A stretch of DNA of 64,000 nucleotides. Origin: Octopus vulgaris (lineage: Eukaryota). Position 1 is the first letter of the stretch; each line of letters opens with the position of its first letter. The stretch spans positions 153,016,001-153,080,000 of the forward strand of contig OX597816.1 of NCBI GenBank assembly GCA_951406725.2, given 5' to 3'. The notes beneath the pieces are model-generated. The model was not told where the DNA came from. It ran no database searches and worked only from the letters and a program-made list of their open reading frames with translations. Below, piece by piece: positions 63,265-64,000 of the stretch. Position numbers and translations under genes: made by a program.

Positions 63265-63437
63265 CTGAATTGGGAAATTAAAGATGGAAATCGGATTGGT
63301 GTACCTTGAGTACATAGAATATCAGATAGCACATTTAGTGAATGCATACCAAGTGAATTTAGTACAGCTTTGTCTAGAACTTTCTGTAACACTTGTAAAC
63401 TCTTTCGGCCACAAAGAGAGCCACCCTGATTAGCTGG
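63265..63437 (-). CDS. PARPBP: PARI internal exon (gene continues beyond the window)
   Basis: PANQGGSLCGRKSLQVLQKVLDKAV...SLISQFR|SP resembles the recalled PARI motif G.aYCGRD.vk.L..lLDeeA...lFRSP. Confidence 0.85.
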
Positions 63438-64000
63438 CTGTAAAAAAGGTGGGATAAATGATAAAAACAAAAGCCATATAAACAATGACAGTGCTTAGAG
63501 ATATATTTAATAGATTTATAGAAAGTGGGTACATTCCAATATTTAGAGAAAATGTGAATGTCAAGTCCTAATGGCATTTTAGGAAATGATGTTTAGTTCA
63601 GGTTTCACAAAATAAGATGAGAGAAATATTGCCCTATATATAGAATGCTAGCTTATTTTGGATGAGAATCCTGTATCTCAATATCCAAATGAATTTAAAC
63701 AATAAAGTCAAGTGCTTTGCCTTAGTATACATCGAAACATGCACCTACAACCTTTCAGCTGATAAAGCTGACAGTTCAATATCAATACTGTCTCCTCTAA
63801 CTTGATTTGCTTTTACATATACACTTAGACAGCAAATGCAGATGAAATATGACCCTCTCTACACATCTGTAGATGTATACATAATATTATTGTCATAAGT
63901 GCAGGATTGGCCGTGTGGTAAGAAGCTTGCTTCCCAACTACATGGCTCCGGGTTCAGTCCACTGCGTGACACCTTGGGAATATGTCTTGGGCAGACCAAA

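Overview
AT-rich, repeat-dense animal DNA with introns, microsatellites and tRNA-derived SINEs. The SINE repertoire and TTAGGG repeats suggest an octopus or other coleoid cephalopod (inference). Two convergent spliced genes lie in the right half: a complete FBXL15-like F-box/LRR gene (+, 4 coding exons, 46343-51395, about 286 aa) and the last four exons of PARPBP/PARI (-, 63437-56574, C-terminal PIP box). There is one tRNA-Ser(AGA) with a damaged D-loop. Transposon fossils include Tc1, two mariners, a pogo-like element, a Merlin-like MITE, Helitron/Helentron-like elements, CR1 and RTE LINEs, and a Naiad-like Penelope RT. The most interesting signal is a set of non-coding elements carrying hammerhead ribozymes (HHR). 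(i) A near-identical 361/362-bp tandem-plus-inverted array (25861-27103) has units with an extended type-I HHR in Schistosoma-like architecture and a compensatory U3:A8 core. Two diverged relatives (about 10.0 kb and 22.3 kb) keep the fold and covarying downstream hairpins. (ii) A tRNA-headed SINE carries a minimal HHR and is inserted with a Penelope-style inverted tail and a 16-bp TSD (17421-17926; second copy at 35452). All calls were made by eye; no searches or folding programs were run.
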